Below, piece after piece: positions 11,729 to 24,038 of a stretch of 34,069 bases of DNA (its first letter is position 1; every line of letters begins with the position of its first letter). Made by a program: the position numbers and the translations under genes. Under the pieces are notes generated by a model. That model ran no database searches and was not told where the DNA came from. It saw only the letters and a program-made list of their open reading frames with translations. The stretch spans positions 81,848-115,916 of the forward strand of contig NIVC01003161.1 in NCBI GenBank assembly GCA_002269645.1. The letters are read 5' to 3'. The DNA comes from Macrostomum lignano. Its lineage: Eukaryota.

Positions 11729-12400
11729 CAGAAGCGCTAAGACACGAAGACAGACAGAAGCACTAAAACACGAAGACAGACAGAAGCGCTAAGACACGAA
11801 GACAGACAGAAGCACTAAACCACGAAGACAGACAGAAGCGCTAAGACACGAAGACAGACAGAAGCGCTAAGACACGAAGACAGACAGAAGCACTAAACCA
11901 CGAAGACAGACAGAAGCGCTAAGACACGAAGACAGACAGAAGCACTAAACCACGAAGACAGACAGAAGCACTAAACCACGAAGACAGACAGAAGCACTAA
12001 ACCACGAAGACAGACAGAAGCACTAAGACACGAAGACAGACAGAAGCACTAAACCACGAAGACAGACAGAAGCGCTAAGACACGAAGACAGACAGAAGCA
12101 CTAAGACACGAAGACAGACAGAAGCACTAAACCACGAAGACAGACAGAAGCACTAAGACACGAAGACAGACAGAAGCGCTAAGACACGAAGACAGACAGA
12201 AGCGCTAAGACACGAAGACAGACAGAAGCGCTAAGACACGAAGACAGACAGAAGCGCTAAGACACGAAGACAGACAGAAGCGCTAAGACACGAAGACAGA
12301 CAGAAGCACTAAACCACGAAGACAGACAGAAGCACTAAGACACGAAGACAGACAGAAGCGCTAAGACACGAAGACAGACAGAAGCACTAAGACACGAAGA
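11729..12400. repeat. 26-bp minisatellite, about 26 copies
   Basis: Unit GACAGACAGAAGC(G/A)CTAA(GA/AC)CACGAA, with degenerate copies at both edges. Confidence 0.95.
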
Positions 12401-12581
12401 TGGACGGACAAGCAAACACTAAGACTCGAAGAGAGACAGACAAACAGATTTGTGTTCTATCTGTAGTGTTTCTGAATCTTTAATAATCATATAATAAAAG
12501 TATCTATAAAAAAACTAATTTTACTGCGCAATATTAGCAGTTGTGGCGTCCAATTCAGCATCCTTGACACCCAGCGGCAAC

Positions 12582-15349
12582 ATGCCGCCGGGTCAAAACG
12601 GCGGCCATGAGCACAGCACCGCCGCCCCTAACGGCGGCCATGAGCACAGCACCGCCGCCCCTAACGGCGGCCATGAGCACAGCACCGCCGCCCCTAACGG
12701 CGGCCATGAGCACAGCACCGCCGCCCCCAACGGTCATCGCCGACTAAAAAGCGACGCCGGGCCGCTCAATAATCGTCATCACAACCACGCATCGTCTACT
12801 GATAAGTCAGCCGCGGTGGCTCGAGCGCATTCGTTTGCGCCTGGACCTCGCGTCGTGCCTCGTCATCATCAGCACCATCAGCAGCAGAACCAACACGGAG
12901 CAGCTCTGGGCCATCGGCGAATGCACAGCTGCCCGCCGACTCCGCACCAGCTGTTTCTTCCAGGCCTGGCCATCCTGCCTGGAGGCTTCAACACCGAGTC
13001 AATCGTTGACAATCGACAGGATCAGCATCAGCATGGCAACAGTCGAGCTCGAGACTACGAGTTGGCAGTCGGCGCCACCCAGCTAGAGACGCCAACAACT
13101 TCGGCTTCGGACGGAGACGATGTCGGAATTGTCAACGATGCTTCGGAGGCTACGACAACGACGACATCGACGGAGCCAGAGCTGGACCCGAAGCTCACCC
13201 AATGCGGCCTGTTCTGCTACCACCCTGCCTGTCTGCAGCCGCTCGCCCGCCCCCTGCCATTCCTTGTGTCCGTCATTGGCTTGTACTTTGTCCAAAGCTT
13301 CATAGTCAGCGGCTATATTAATAGCATCAATACTACTATTGAGCTGAGATACGGACTAACAACTAAAGAGATTGGCTACATATACGCGTCGTATGAAGTG
13401 TTCTGCATTGTGGCTACATTCTTCATATCGTATTTTGGTCACGGCGGCAACAGATCCCGTCTATTGGGCATTGGCTGCGCAATCATTGGTATTGGATATT
13501 TTTTCTTTGCTTTTCCTCACTTCCTTGGCAGTGCCATTAGTAACACGGTGCCAGTGTCTGGTAATGCTTCCTCTTCTTCGACTGGCTCTTCTGCCTCCAC
13601 GATTAGTAGCAGTGGAGTCAAGCTGTGCAGCGGGGGAGGCGGTGGCGGCACTTCAGATATGAACTGTCAAGTGCAGGACTCAGCCTTGCTGATCCTATGC
13701 CTGAGCTTTGGTCTCATTGGCCTGGGCGCTAGCCCCGTGTACATCCTCGCCCCAACCTACCTGTGGGACAATGTACCTCAGAAGAGCTATCCTCTGTACG
13801 CGGCTTCGTTGCACATCACTAGCGCTCTTGGACCGGCTTGCGGCTTCCTAGGCGGCGCTGTGTTCCTGTCGTTGTACGTGAACTTTCCAAGCTCAGCGCC
13901 CGACGGTTTAACAACCAGCCATCCTCTATGGACGGGAGCCTGGTGGCTAGGATTCGTCATTTTCGCTGGTCTCGCTCTGCTGGTGGCTGTTCCTCTGCTG
14001 GCATTTCCAACTGTAATGCCGCACACTGCAGCGAAACGGTTGCAGAAGCAACAACAGCAGCAGCAGCAGCAGCAGCAGCAAAAAGCGCAACGTTCAACGT
14101 CCTCTCTAGACGCCGACGAGTTGACGCGAAATTCTTCAACAACAAATAGCGACGCAGCGATTGTGTCTTCAACAAATGATGACGATGAAGAGCCTAACTC
14201 GTCTCTGGATCAGTCGGCAGCTTCTTTAAGTCCGGCTGAGAAGCCGCACATTCGCGACATCCCAGCCGGTTTAAAGCGGCTGTTCAAAAACGCGTTATGG
14301 CTGTTTATCAGTCTGCTAATTGTGGCCGAGCAGTCTGTAGTACAAGCCTTCGTTGCTTACGTCAACAAGTACATGCAAAAGTCTTTTAATATCCCAGTGA
14401 CGCAATCCAGCATCATCACAGGTTTGTGTCTTGATTTTTAAAATTCAATTCAGTGACTTCGTATATTTCGTTGACTAGCAGGTCCTTAAGTGTATATTTT
14501 GACAGATCCTTCAGTGTCCATCATGACACATCCTTCAGTGTCCCATCATGACACATCCTTCAGTGTCCATCATGACACATCCTTCAGTGTCCCATCATGA
14601 CACATCCTTCAGTGTCCCATCATGACACATCCTTCAGTGTCCCATCATGACACATCCTTCAGTGTCCCATCATGACACATCCTTCAGTGTCCCATCATGA
14701 CACATCCTTCAGTGTCCCATCATGACACATCCTTCAGTGTCCCATCATGACACATCCTTCAGTGTCCATCTCAACACATCCTTCAGTGTCCATCCCGACA
14801 GATCCTCGGTTTAACTCCCATTCTGACACCACCAGCTTCGGTTTAACAAACTTGCTCCCCCAAAACTACTACCAGGCGCTCTCGTCATTCCTAGCGCCGT
14901 GATTGGCATCGGCGCCGGGGCTTTAATAATGCGCCGCTATAGGCCTAGCAACAAATCGGTGAGCCTACTCATGATGGGCCTGTGCGCCGCTACCACATTG
15001 CTCACTATTGGCCTGGCATTTTGCACCTGTCCGAATGTCAGCATGGCGGGACTGAATGCTCAGTATGGCATCCCGGCTACTAGCGGTGCGGCAGCTTCAT
15101 CATCAACAGCTGCTGCTCAGTTGCAGCTAAATGTGAGCTGCAATGCCGCCTGCCATTGCGGCAGTCTCAGCTACGATCCGGCTTGCGATGCTGTGAGTTT
15201 TTGTTCATTCTTCTGCTTTTGTGACATACAAGCTATCTTCAGTTGCTTCTGGTTTCTTGTGGATCATTTCCACTTACTTTTCACTACTAGGTTTAATTTA
15301 TGAGTGTAAGATGATCTTGAAAACTGTGATTGGTCAGTTCGTCAGTTAA

Positions 15350-15406
<57 letters not shown>

Positions 15407-15407
15407 C

Positions 15408-15458
<51 letters not shown>

Positions 15459-15459
15459 C

Positions 15460-15490
<31 letters not shown>

Positions 15491-15503
15491 CAGTTAGTTA
15501 GTC

Positions 15504-15537
<34 letters not shown>

Positions 15538-15553
15538 CTAGTTAGTTAGTCAA

Positions 15554-15585
<32 letters not shown>

Positions 15586-16573
15586 AAGTTAGTCACTTAG
15601 TTAATTAGTCAGTTAAATAGTTAGTTAATTAGTCGGTTAGTCAGTTAGTTAGTTAGTTAGTTAATTATTCGGTTTGTTAGTCAGTCAGCCAGTTCGCAAG
15701 AGGTACTTCCACACTGTCACAAATCAAGGCCACGGCCGACCCGCAACCAGGTTAATCTTATTATTTTTGTTATTATCGCTTACTGACAAGTAGTGATTGA
15801 AGAGTGTAAAGCGATTGATTGTATGCTTATAGACCACAAATTTGACACGTTTTCGCAATGTAAAGTTCAACTCGCCCCACCCTACCCAGCTCACGGGAAC
15901 AACCTACTTCACGCCGTGCCACGCCGGCTGTCAATCAAAGCAGTCCTCGACAGGGTCGAGCGATTCCTGGAATTACACCGACTGCTCATGCGTTCCCATA
16001 GCAACCAATGCCAGTCTGCCCGGTGGTTACGTCACTGGCGGTAAATGTACGGCTGCTTGCTACACGTTTGGCCCGTTCTGTGCACTGCTGTTCATCATTG
16101 TGCTGCTGACCGCCTGCGGCTACGAGCCCAGCCACATCCTCACTTTGTCCTGCGTCTCCGAGTCAGACAGCAGCTTTGCATTGGGCATTCAAAATATTCT
16201 GCAACGTTTATTAGCCTTCATACCGGCCCCGATCTACTTTGGCAGCCTGTTCGATTTCAACTGCCTGATGCGTTCGTCCGATTCGGCTTGCAGCAACGCC
16301 GACGCCTCGGCGTGCATGGAGTACGACTTGACCAGACTGCCCTACATGTGGATTGGCGTCATTCTGGGATTGAAAGTTGTCGGCTTCCTGTTTGCCAGCG
16401 CGTGCTTTCTGGTTAGTCGGGCTAGCCGAGCTGTTGATCTGCTGGACGTTGCGGCCGATGCCACAGTTGCTAAGGAGAAGGATGGTGGCGCCATGTCGGC
16501 TTCGACAAAGACTGCAGTTCAAATTGGTGCCTATAGTTCTAAGACTGATGTTGACGGAAATCACGTAGCCTGA
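12582..16573 (+). CDS. SLCO: Organic anion transporting polypeptide (OATP/SLCO), 3 coding exons 12582-14421, 14876-15192, 15890-16573; 946 aa predicted
   Basis: OATP motifs CGLFCYHPACLQ, GYINSINTTIELRYGL, FISYFGHGGNRSRLLGIG, W(T)GAWWLGF, the Kazal-like CNAACHC...YDPAC...TYFTPCHAGC, and FALGIQ...LLAFIPAPIYFG. Introns are GT-AG with matching phases (1, 0) and the exons total 2841 nt. An acceptor at 12540 precedes the ATG, so an upstream 5' exon or trans-splicing is possible. Confidence 0.93.
12597..12728 (+). repeat. 33-bp coding tandem repeat x4 (NGGHEHSTAAP)
   Basis: AACGGCGGCCATGAGCACAGCACCGCCGCCCC(T/C) occurs four times in frame. Confidence 0.95.
14501..14806. repeat. 24/25-bp intronic minisatellite, about 12 copies
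   Basis: Unit GACACATCCTTCAGTGTCC(C)ATCAT in OATP intron 1. Confidence 0.92.
15345..15685. repeat. (TTAG)n microsatellite in OATP intron 2
   Basis: Long TTAG run with TCAG variants. Confidence 0.95.
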
Positions 16574-16616
16574 GTGATTGAGCGGGTGAAGCTACCGATT
16601 CTGAAGGGAGATATAT

Positions 16617-16842
16617 ACGGGGTGTCTCAATAAAATGTGACCACAGTTATTGTATACCAGGGACACTCCATCTTATCGGCTGCGTTCGAAACTCAACTAG
16701 AAGAGCTGACAATTGGAAATGGGTTTGCATTTTGACTGCCGCCTTGCATGTATTGCCTCAGACAACAATAGCCCTGCCATGGGGCTCCCATCTCATGGAC
16801 GACAGCATCTAAATTGGGGTCCATTGTTATTGAGATACCCGT
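16617..16842. mobile_element. Possible Tc1/mariner-type MITE
   Basis: Imperfect TIRs ACGGGGTGTCTCAATAAAATG / ACGGGTATCTCAATAACAATG in a TA context. Confidence 0.4.
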
Positions 16843-16902
16843 TATATTGCCTTTTTTATCATGCTAAAAGTGATAAAATAACGAAAAGCCTATTGGATAA
16901 AG

Positions 16903-17048
16903 GTAGGTTTGGCCATAGACAGCAGACAGCAGCCATAGACATCCTCACCGGCTTTCGGCTCATTTCTAAGAAAAGCAGCACAGAATGTTCCGTGATAAAA
17001 TAAAGTTTATCAGTCAGAAATTTGCATGTTGTCTATGGCCCAACCTAC
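16903..17048. repeat. Inverted repeat / foldback remnant
   Basis: Arms GTAGGTTTGGCCATAGACAGCA and TGTTGTCTATGGCCCAACCTAC match 20/22, with weaker pairing further out. Confidence 0.55.
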
Positions 17049-19364
17049 TATTTTCATAGAGTTTTTTATGAAGCTCGACGATTTTAGCTGAAAACCTCTA
17101 TTTAACTGTATCTCTTAGAGATTGAGAAATGGTTCTGTTTTGGTTTTTTGACACTATTTTAATCCTTAGATTAAGAGAGCTATTTTTACAAGTGTGATAT
17201 GTCATCAGATGAGATTTTACCTATGCAAAATTTTATGCGTGCCTTGTTTCAGTGAATTGACTCATTGATGCCATCCATTCATCCTTGCCATGACGCCTAT
17301 CTGTCACATGTACTTTGCTAGATAGTGCAAGCTATACACATTCTTAAAAAATTTCATTTCGGATTTTTTTTAATTCCAAGACTTTTAGATACTTTTCTTA
17401 CTCTGATAACAGTCCCCCCGTTTGATATAACATGTACATTATGCCATGTAATCTGTACAGTATTTCCCTATCCAAGCACCGCTTTATCCAGGTAAAATTT
17501 TTGTGTGTTCTACTTCACTAGTTTTGAGTTGTTATTCGCTTTGTTTTTTTTAAAATGACTCTTATTGAAAACTGATGTTTTAATCCGAGCTTTATCTTAG
17601 TAAATTGCTTAGCACTAGTATGTGTTGCTGTGCGTTTCAAATGGTTAAATGGGTTATTGTATTTTTTCAGTGATACATTAACTACTTCATCAAAGATAAT
17701 GCTCATTAGTAACTTATCAACTTAGGGCATTTGTTTTTTTTGAGCAAAACTCCATGGCTATACAGACTTCAGTACTTATCAGATATTTATGAATTTCGTA
17801 GCTTAATGCGGTATTGTGAACCTTCTATCTATACGCCTGTTGTTCAGACCAAACCAACATTCCAAGATTTTACAGAATTCTTGTCTTATTTTCTTATGTC
17901 TGTCACGAACGAGTTTTTCCTTGCACAACTCTGAACTGTTTTCAGAATTTGTTTTACAATCCAAGCTGACCTTTAATGATAGATTCTGTTAATCATTCAA
18001 TATTTAAAACTCTTATTGGTTAACTTTTCTGACATATATAAGGATGTAGCAAGTACCTAAAGTTGCACGTGGTACTGCCATACTTTTTAACACAATATTA
18101 AACTATTAAATATATTATTTATGACTCAGTGGCTTTGGATTTGTTTGTTTAAAAAGTTGTTTTTTGAAAAATCAATCATATGAGGATGGAATTTACAACG
18201 AAAACTTTATTTTTTCGCATCAATATGGCACGCTTGGGTAAAATGCTACATACTACTTCTATGTATTGTACTTACACAAACAAGTTATATACACATAGCT
18301 CACTTAGCTAACTTTGTTCATCAGACTTGTCCTAAGTACTGCAAAGTAACATGATTTCAATATTAATCAATAATATTTGATAAATCGAATATTACTACTA
18401 ATAAGTAGCACGAGTTATATTTGTTATTTTATACTCTAAAACTTAAAACATTCATTCGTTTAATTGAATTAAATTTGAATTCGTGCCAACAGTTTAACAC
18501 AATCACTATTAACTAATGTAAGATGTAAGAAATGTGTTGCCATTGGACTTAACATCATTAAAAGATAAGGTAAGTTACTGGTAATATATTAGCTGGCGCT
18601 ACAGATATCATCGATTTGTTGTGAGCTGTTGGTTACGGCGGAACTCCATTTGCTACTGAAAATAGTACATGTAGTTAAGCGCATTTTTGCCAAGTGACAT
18701 CAAGTATTCTACTAGCTCTTATCTGTGGCAATGACCTTTTTAGTGCGAAATTATAGTAAATTGAAACTTTTAAACTCAATTCAAATTCAGTTCCGATCGT
18801 CACCTTTAGCCGAAAAACGAACTGCATTCTGCTTAATTAGCCGCTTCTCGTCCGCAAAATTTACGAGCGAACATGTAAAATATATCCAAGCGGAAATTAC
18901 GCTTTGACTATGCAGAATAATCTCACTCATTCTTTTTCTCAGCCATCTAGCCTAGACTACCTTTATTCTCCAGCGGCCTAGCCAGTGATTTGAGCGCCGA
19001 GACATGTGCTAAAAATAGCACAGCCTTGAGCGGTCAACCCCCCCCCTCCCATGCCAGTGTGCCCCTTGGAATTTCCAAAGAAAAGCGAAGCTGGCAATTT
19101 CTCAGTTTCAGCTCCGGTTTTTCATCCGCCAATCAGAGACCAAAAGGAAGAGAAGACGCCTGTGATGTCAGCCTATTGAATGGAAACTATTTTAAGCTAT
19201 TTTTGCAGTCTTTGCGGCAGAAACGTAAAGCGGACAGGTCTCGATTGGAATTTCCAACGCTCACGCCTGGCAGACCCCGGGAACCAACGGTTGCATAAAA
19301 ATGCGGCTCAATTCAGTGAAATGCAACCGTTCTTTAACTGAAAATCGTTATTCAAATAATTCAA

Positions 19365-21189
19365 ATGGAAACTGGAAAACTGCTTCCTGGCTGCCTGCTG
19401 CTGCTGCTGCTGCTTCTGCTGTCTTCAGCAGCTCACGGCTTGCCTGCTGCATCTTCTTCGGACAGCCAGAAGCTCCAGCAGGCACGGAGCTTCTGTGCAG
19501 CCTGGCGGCGCAGCGAGGCGCTGAATCGTCGAACTTCCATCTACCAGACCGGCCTGGTTGAGAAGTACCTGCTGGACTCGCTGACTGACCTGCAGGACTT
19601 CGAGACCGAGCTGTTGGAGAGGCGGCTGCTGGGAAAGTCGGTGCAGCACCTGCGGCAGCGACATTCATCGAGACTGACGCGGCAATTCGGCTTCAAGACG
19701 GTGCAGCCGTTGAGAAGCCTCGCCGGCCTCGGCGCTGACGTCTTCCACAACGCGGCGACTGCGGCATTCCTGATGGAGCGGCTGCTGGCTGAGGAGTTGG
19801 CGTTGGAAGTCCGCGACAGGTGAGGCATCTTTCTTTAACTGCGGTGATCTTTGCATCAGATTTTGCGTTTTCTCGGAGCCACCTACATGTAGTTGGTCAG
19901 AAGAAGTGAATGAAATTCTCCGTTAAGGTTGAATGAGCGCTTGAATCAGGCCCGCTGGGTCAGTCAGCAACTCAACAATCTGTATCAGAGTAGATCACAC
20001 AACAAACTGCAACTCAACAACAATCTGTATCAAAGTAGATCACACAACAAACTGCAACCCAACAATTTGTATCAGAGTAGATCACACAACAAACTGCAAC
20101 CCAACAATTTGTATCAGAGTAGATCACACAACAAACTGCAACTCAACAATCTGTATCAGAGTAGATCACACAACAAACTGCAACTCAACAACAATCTGTA
20201 TCAGAGTAGATCACACAACAAACTGCAACCCAACAATCTGTATCAGAGTAGATCACACAACAAACTGCAACTCAACAATCTGTATCAGAGTAGATCACAC
20301 AACAAACTGCAACTCAACAATCTGTATCAGAGTAGATCACACAACAAACTGCAACTCAACAACAATCTGTATCAGAGTAGATCACACAACAAACTGCAAC
20401 CCAACAATCTGTATCAGAGTAGATCACACAACAAACTGCAACTCAACAATCTGTATCAGAGTAGATCACACAACAAACTGCAACTCAACAACAATCTGTA
20501 TCAGAGTAGATCACACAACAAACTGCAACCCAACAATCTGTATCAGAGTAGATCACACAACAAACTGCAACTCAACAATCTGTATCAGAGTAGATCACAC
20601 AAAAAACTGCAACTCAACAATCTGTATCAGAGTAGATCACACAACAAACTGCAACTCAACAACAATCTGTATCAGAGTAGATCACACAACAAACTGCAAC
20701 TCAACAACAATCTGTATCAGAGTAGATCACACAACAAACTGCAACTCAACAACAATCTGTATCAGAGTAGATCACACAACAAACTGCAACTCAACAACAA
20801 TCTGTATCAGAGTAGATCACACAACAAACTGCAACTCAACAATCTGTATCAGATCTGCCTGGGCCTCCTAAATCCACAGAGCCATCCACAAACTCTGCTC
20901 TCGCAGACGGTCATCAGCTCGATTCGCGGACGACCTCTCCTACACCAGGGACAGCCTAGTGACCGCCATGCATCACCAGCACGAGTTCCTGTACCGGTTG
21001 GGCCACCGGTTCTCCTGGAGCGATCTGGGCCGGTACAGGGACCAGTTCAACAGGATCGAGAGGGTGCTGCACGGAGACCGCGAGGCTCGCTACCTGCGTG
21101 ACTACTTTATTGCTGGCATAGTTGCTGAGGCTGTTAATGAGACCGCGAGGGCTGTGCAGGTCCTGCGGCTGTGTCTGGGAGAGCAGTGA
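19365..21189 (+). CDS. Uncharacterised secreted protein; exons 19365-19819 and 20880-21189 (254 aa), or with an alternative donor at 21185 and a last exon at about 22264/22267-22297
   Basis: Signal peptide METGKLLPGCLLLLLLLLLSSAAHG. Phase-2 donor AG|GTGAGG at 19819 joins in frame to acceptor CCACAG|A at 20880, giving a continuous GC-rich frame to TGA 21189. No family recognised. Confidence 0.72.
19968..20852. repeat. 42/45-bp intronic minisatellite, about 20 copies
   Basis: Unit AATCTGTATCAGAGTAGATCACACAACAAACTGCAAC(T/C)CAAC(AAC). Confidence 0.95.
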
Positions 21190-21192
21190 GCT

Positions 21193-22022
21193 GGAGTGAG
21201 CAGTGTGATGGAGTGAGCAGTGTGATGGAGTGAGCAGTGTGATGGAGTGAGCAGTGTGATGGAGTGAGCAGTGTGATGGAGTGAGCAGTGTGATGGAGTG
21301 AGCAGTGTGATGGAGTGAGCAGTGTGATGGAGTGAGCAGTGTGATGGAGTGAGCAGTGTGATGGAGTGAGCAGTGTGATGGAGTGAGCAGTGTGATGGAG
21401 TGAGCAGTGTGATGGAGTGAGCAGTGTGATGGAGTGAGCAGTGTGATGGAGTGAGCAGTGTGATGGAGTGAGCAGTGTGATGGAGTGAGCAGTGTGATGG
21501 AGTGAGCAGTGTGATGGAGTGAGCAGTGTGATGGAGTGAGCAGTGTGATGGAGTGAGCAGTGTGATGGAGTGAGCAGTGTGATGGAGTGAGCAGTGTGAT
21601 GGAGTGAGCAGTGTGATGGAGTGAGCAGTGTGATGGAGTGAGCAGTGTGATGGAGTGAGCAGTGTGATGGAGTGAGCAGTGTGATGGAGTGAGCAGTGTG
21701 ATGGAGTGAGCAGTGTGATGGAGTGAGCAGTGTGATGGAGTGAGCAGTGTGATGGAGTGAGCAGTGTGATGGAGTGAGCAGTGTGATGGAGTGAGCAGTG
21801 TGATGGAGTGAGCAGTGTGATGGAGTGAGCAGTGTGATGGAGTGAGCAGTGTGATGGAGTGAGCAGTGTGATGGAGTGAGCAGTGTGATGGAGTGAGCAG
21901 TGTGATGGAGTGAGCAGTGTGATGGAGTGAGCAGTGTGATGGAGTGAGCAGTGTGATGGAGTGAGCAGTGTGATGGAGTGAGCAGTGTGATGGAGTGAGC
22001 AGTGTGATGGAGTGAGCAGTGA
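21193..22022. repeat. 17-bp minisatellite, about 49 near-perfect copies
   Basis: Unit GGAGTGAGCAGTGTGAT. Confidence 0.97.
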
Positions 22023-22813
22023 CCTGGAGGCAGCGGTGTAATGAAGTCAGCTAACTTATTAAAACTTACCCAAAAAGTAAATCCAGCTAAACCGATTGTT
22101 GGATTGTTAATTAATGCACTTCTTTCAAGGTATTTACAAAATTCTGTCATAATTTATTGATCACATCAAAAACGCACCTGCAATTCGTATAATTTATTGT
22201 TTTAACTACGAACTCATTCGGCTCAACCAGTTAATATATTTATTATTCGTGTACTTACTGCAGCAGGCCTGACAATATCAGCCAAATTTTGCAATAAGCT
22301 TTCTTCCTTTTTTCACCTTGTTTAGCAGTTTAACAAAGTTTTTTAACTCTCGTTTTGCTACACATTAGATTTTTAAATGCTAAATAGTTTGCATATTTGC
22401 ATACAGATTTTATCTTCATGCTATTTCACCTATATGCTGATCCCATGTTCTCAAAGCTAGCTACTACTGATAGCGGTATATGTAACAAAATTGCAAAATT
22501 TGATTCGATATTTTCAATAAACCTTCTGAGCAGTTTTTTTGTCTATTAAAATCGCATGCAGTTCTGTGGTTGCTATGCAGCCCAGGTTTTAACGTTATAA
22601 GTTCGTTAAATTTTATCGAGCTTTACTCTCTGAAATTCACCTAACCCTACTAATGAGTAAATCGAAAGGCAAAAAAGAAGACATTTAATAACATAACGGT
22701 AGCTGATTTTTCTAGCGCGATCTTTTTCATCCAAATTTGTCTATGGTGAAACCTCATTCAGTGCTGTGCGTTCTCAAGAGATTTTTTAAGAAAATTGAGT
22801 GCAGCGTCCTTCA

Positions 22814-23236
22814 TTATAATTCATTAGTTGTCCACGGGTGCACTAGGCTTCCAGATAAGTTTGCGCAGTCCAGAAACAGCGGCTGCACCTGCGGCTGCCG
22901 CTTCATCCTGAGCAGCACCGTGACGCCTGTGCCGAACCCGATGTCGCTCTTGTTCATGGCCAGAAACGAGCTGCTCCCATCGAACGCGGCGCCCTCCTCT
23001 GTCCACTGGACTCCGATCGGATAAATTCGGTTGGTCTCTTCGTCAGCCTGGCACACGACATTCTCAAATGCAGACATGTCGTCTCCGAGCCACACGTTTG
23101 TGAGCTTCGGGTTGAGCTGAGCCGGATATTTGATCGGAAATCGGATGAGCACTCGGCAGTCGCTGCTCGCACCGCCAGAGACAAGGTCGCGACACACGGA
23201 CTGGTAGCGGAAGAGACTGCACTACGTATCGCGCCA
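22814..23236 (-). CDS. Putative coding fragment with a LamG/concanavalin-A-like beta-rich segment; start uncertain (splice acceptor, or ATG 23236 plus a frameshift)
   Basis: GC-rich island with a protein-like frame SLFRYQSVCRDLV...EGAAFDGSSSFLAM...GVTVLLRMK. GAAFDGSSSFL resembles the start of LamG-type domains (pattern recognition only). An in-frame TAG lies just upstream. Confidence 0.45.
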
Positions 23237-23374
23237 TTAGAGCTGGGTTTTCAGAATTCTGACGCAAAAAACGCAAATTATACTACTATCTGAAAATGAA
23301 GTAAGTAGTATTCGAAAACGCTATCCTAAGCGTGATATATGGCAATATGTAGTCGTAATAATCCATGTGCTCAT

Positions 23375-24015
23375 ATATGTACATTAATCCCATGTACATT
23401 AATCCCTATCTATCTCAAATTGGATATGTACATTAATCCTATGTACATTAATCCCTATCTATCTCAAATGTCCATGTCTATACCCAATTCTATATGTACG
23501 CAGTATGTGCATTAATCCACATGTATAGTGTCATCCCCAGACGGCCCGCGCACACCAAAATTACAACTCGAAACCCTACTACATGTACAATCTCATCCAA
23601 ATGAGTCAACTAATTGTACAGCTCACATCGTATATAAACTATTTACAAAGAAGATATATTTACATTAAATCAGTAGCATATTACAGTAAATAATTTATGT
23701 ACAACATTACCAGCGAATAGAATATACAGAAAATTTTACATTGTTTTTCAATATTTTTCTCTTCATAAATGATTTTAAACAGGTCTGACACGCAAAATAT
23801 GTACAATAGATTTTTACATTGGCAATTTCGCCGCATACAATACAAAAATGCTTTATGTACATTGAATTATGTACAACAAATAGATTTACTCTAATAAATT
23901 TGGCAATACTACAATGCAAAAATGCTTTATATACGGCTCGTACATTGACATGCAAATTATGTACAACAAATAGATTTTTTCTGATAAATTTAACAATACA
24001 ACAATGTACATTGAA
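23375..24015. repeat. AT-rich, TGTACA-rich local tandem duplications
   Basis: Repeated ATGTACATTAATCC(C) at 23375-23520, and 2-3 diverged units of about 90-100 bp (AATTATGTACAACAAATAGATTT) at 23790-24015. Confidence 0.6.
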
Positions 24016-24038
24016 TCGTCAGTTATAATTGGATTACA

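Noticed and set aside
15345-15685. (TTAG)n as telomeric repeat
   Set aside because: The unit is TTAG, not TTAGG or TTAGGG, and it is intronic. Ordinary microsatellite.
19929-21101. 390-aa ORF with NNLYQSRSHNKLQL repeats
   Set aside because: It is the 42/45-bp minisatellite read in a stop-free frame. It starts at TTG and lies inside the intron of the secreted-protein gene.
11729-22022. Regular repeat arrays as CRISPR
   Set aside because: Units are contiguous with no unique spacers, the context is eukaryotic, and there are no cas genes.
21134-22150. 338-aa minus-strand ORF with HCSLHHTAHSITLLTPS repeats
   Set aside because: Artefact of the 17-bp minisatellite (three units = 51 nt). It is not a metal-binding protein on present evidence.
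23281-23310. TACTACT...AGTAAGTAGTA as a Polinton AGT-repeat terminus
   Set aside because: Short, no partner end or TSD found, and likely by chance in AT-rich DNA.
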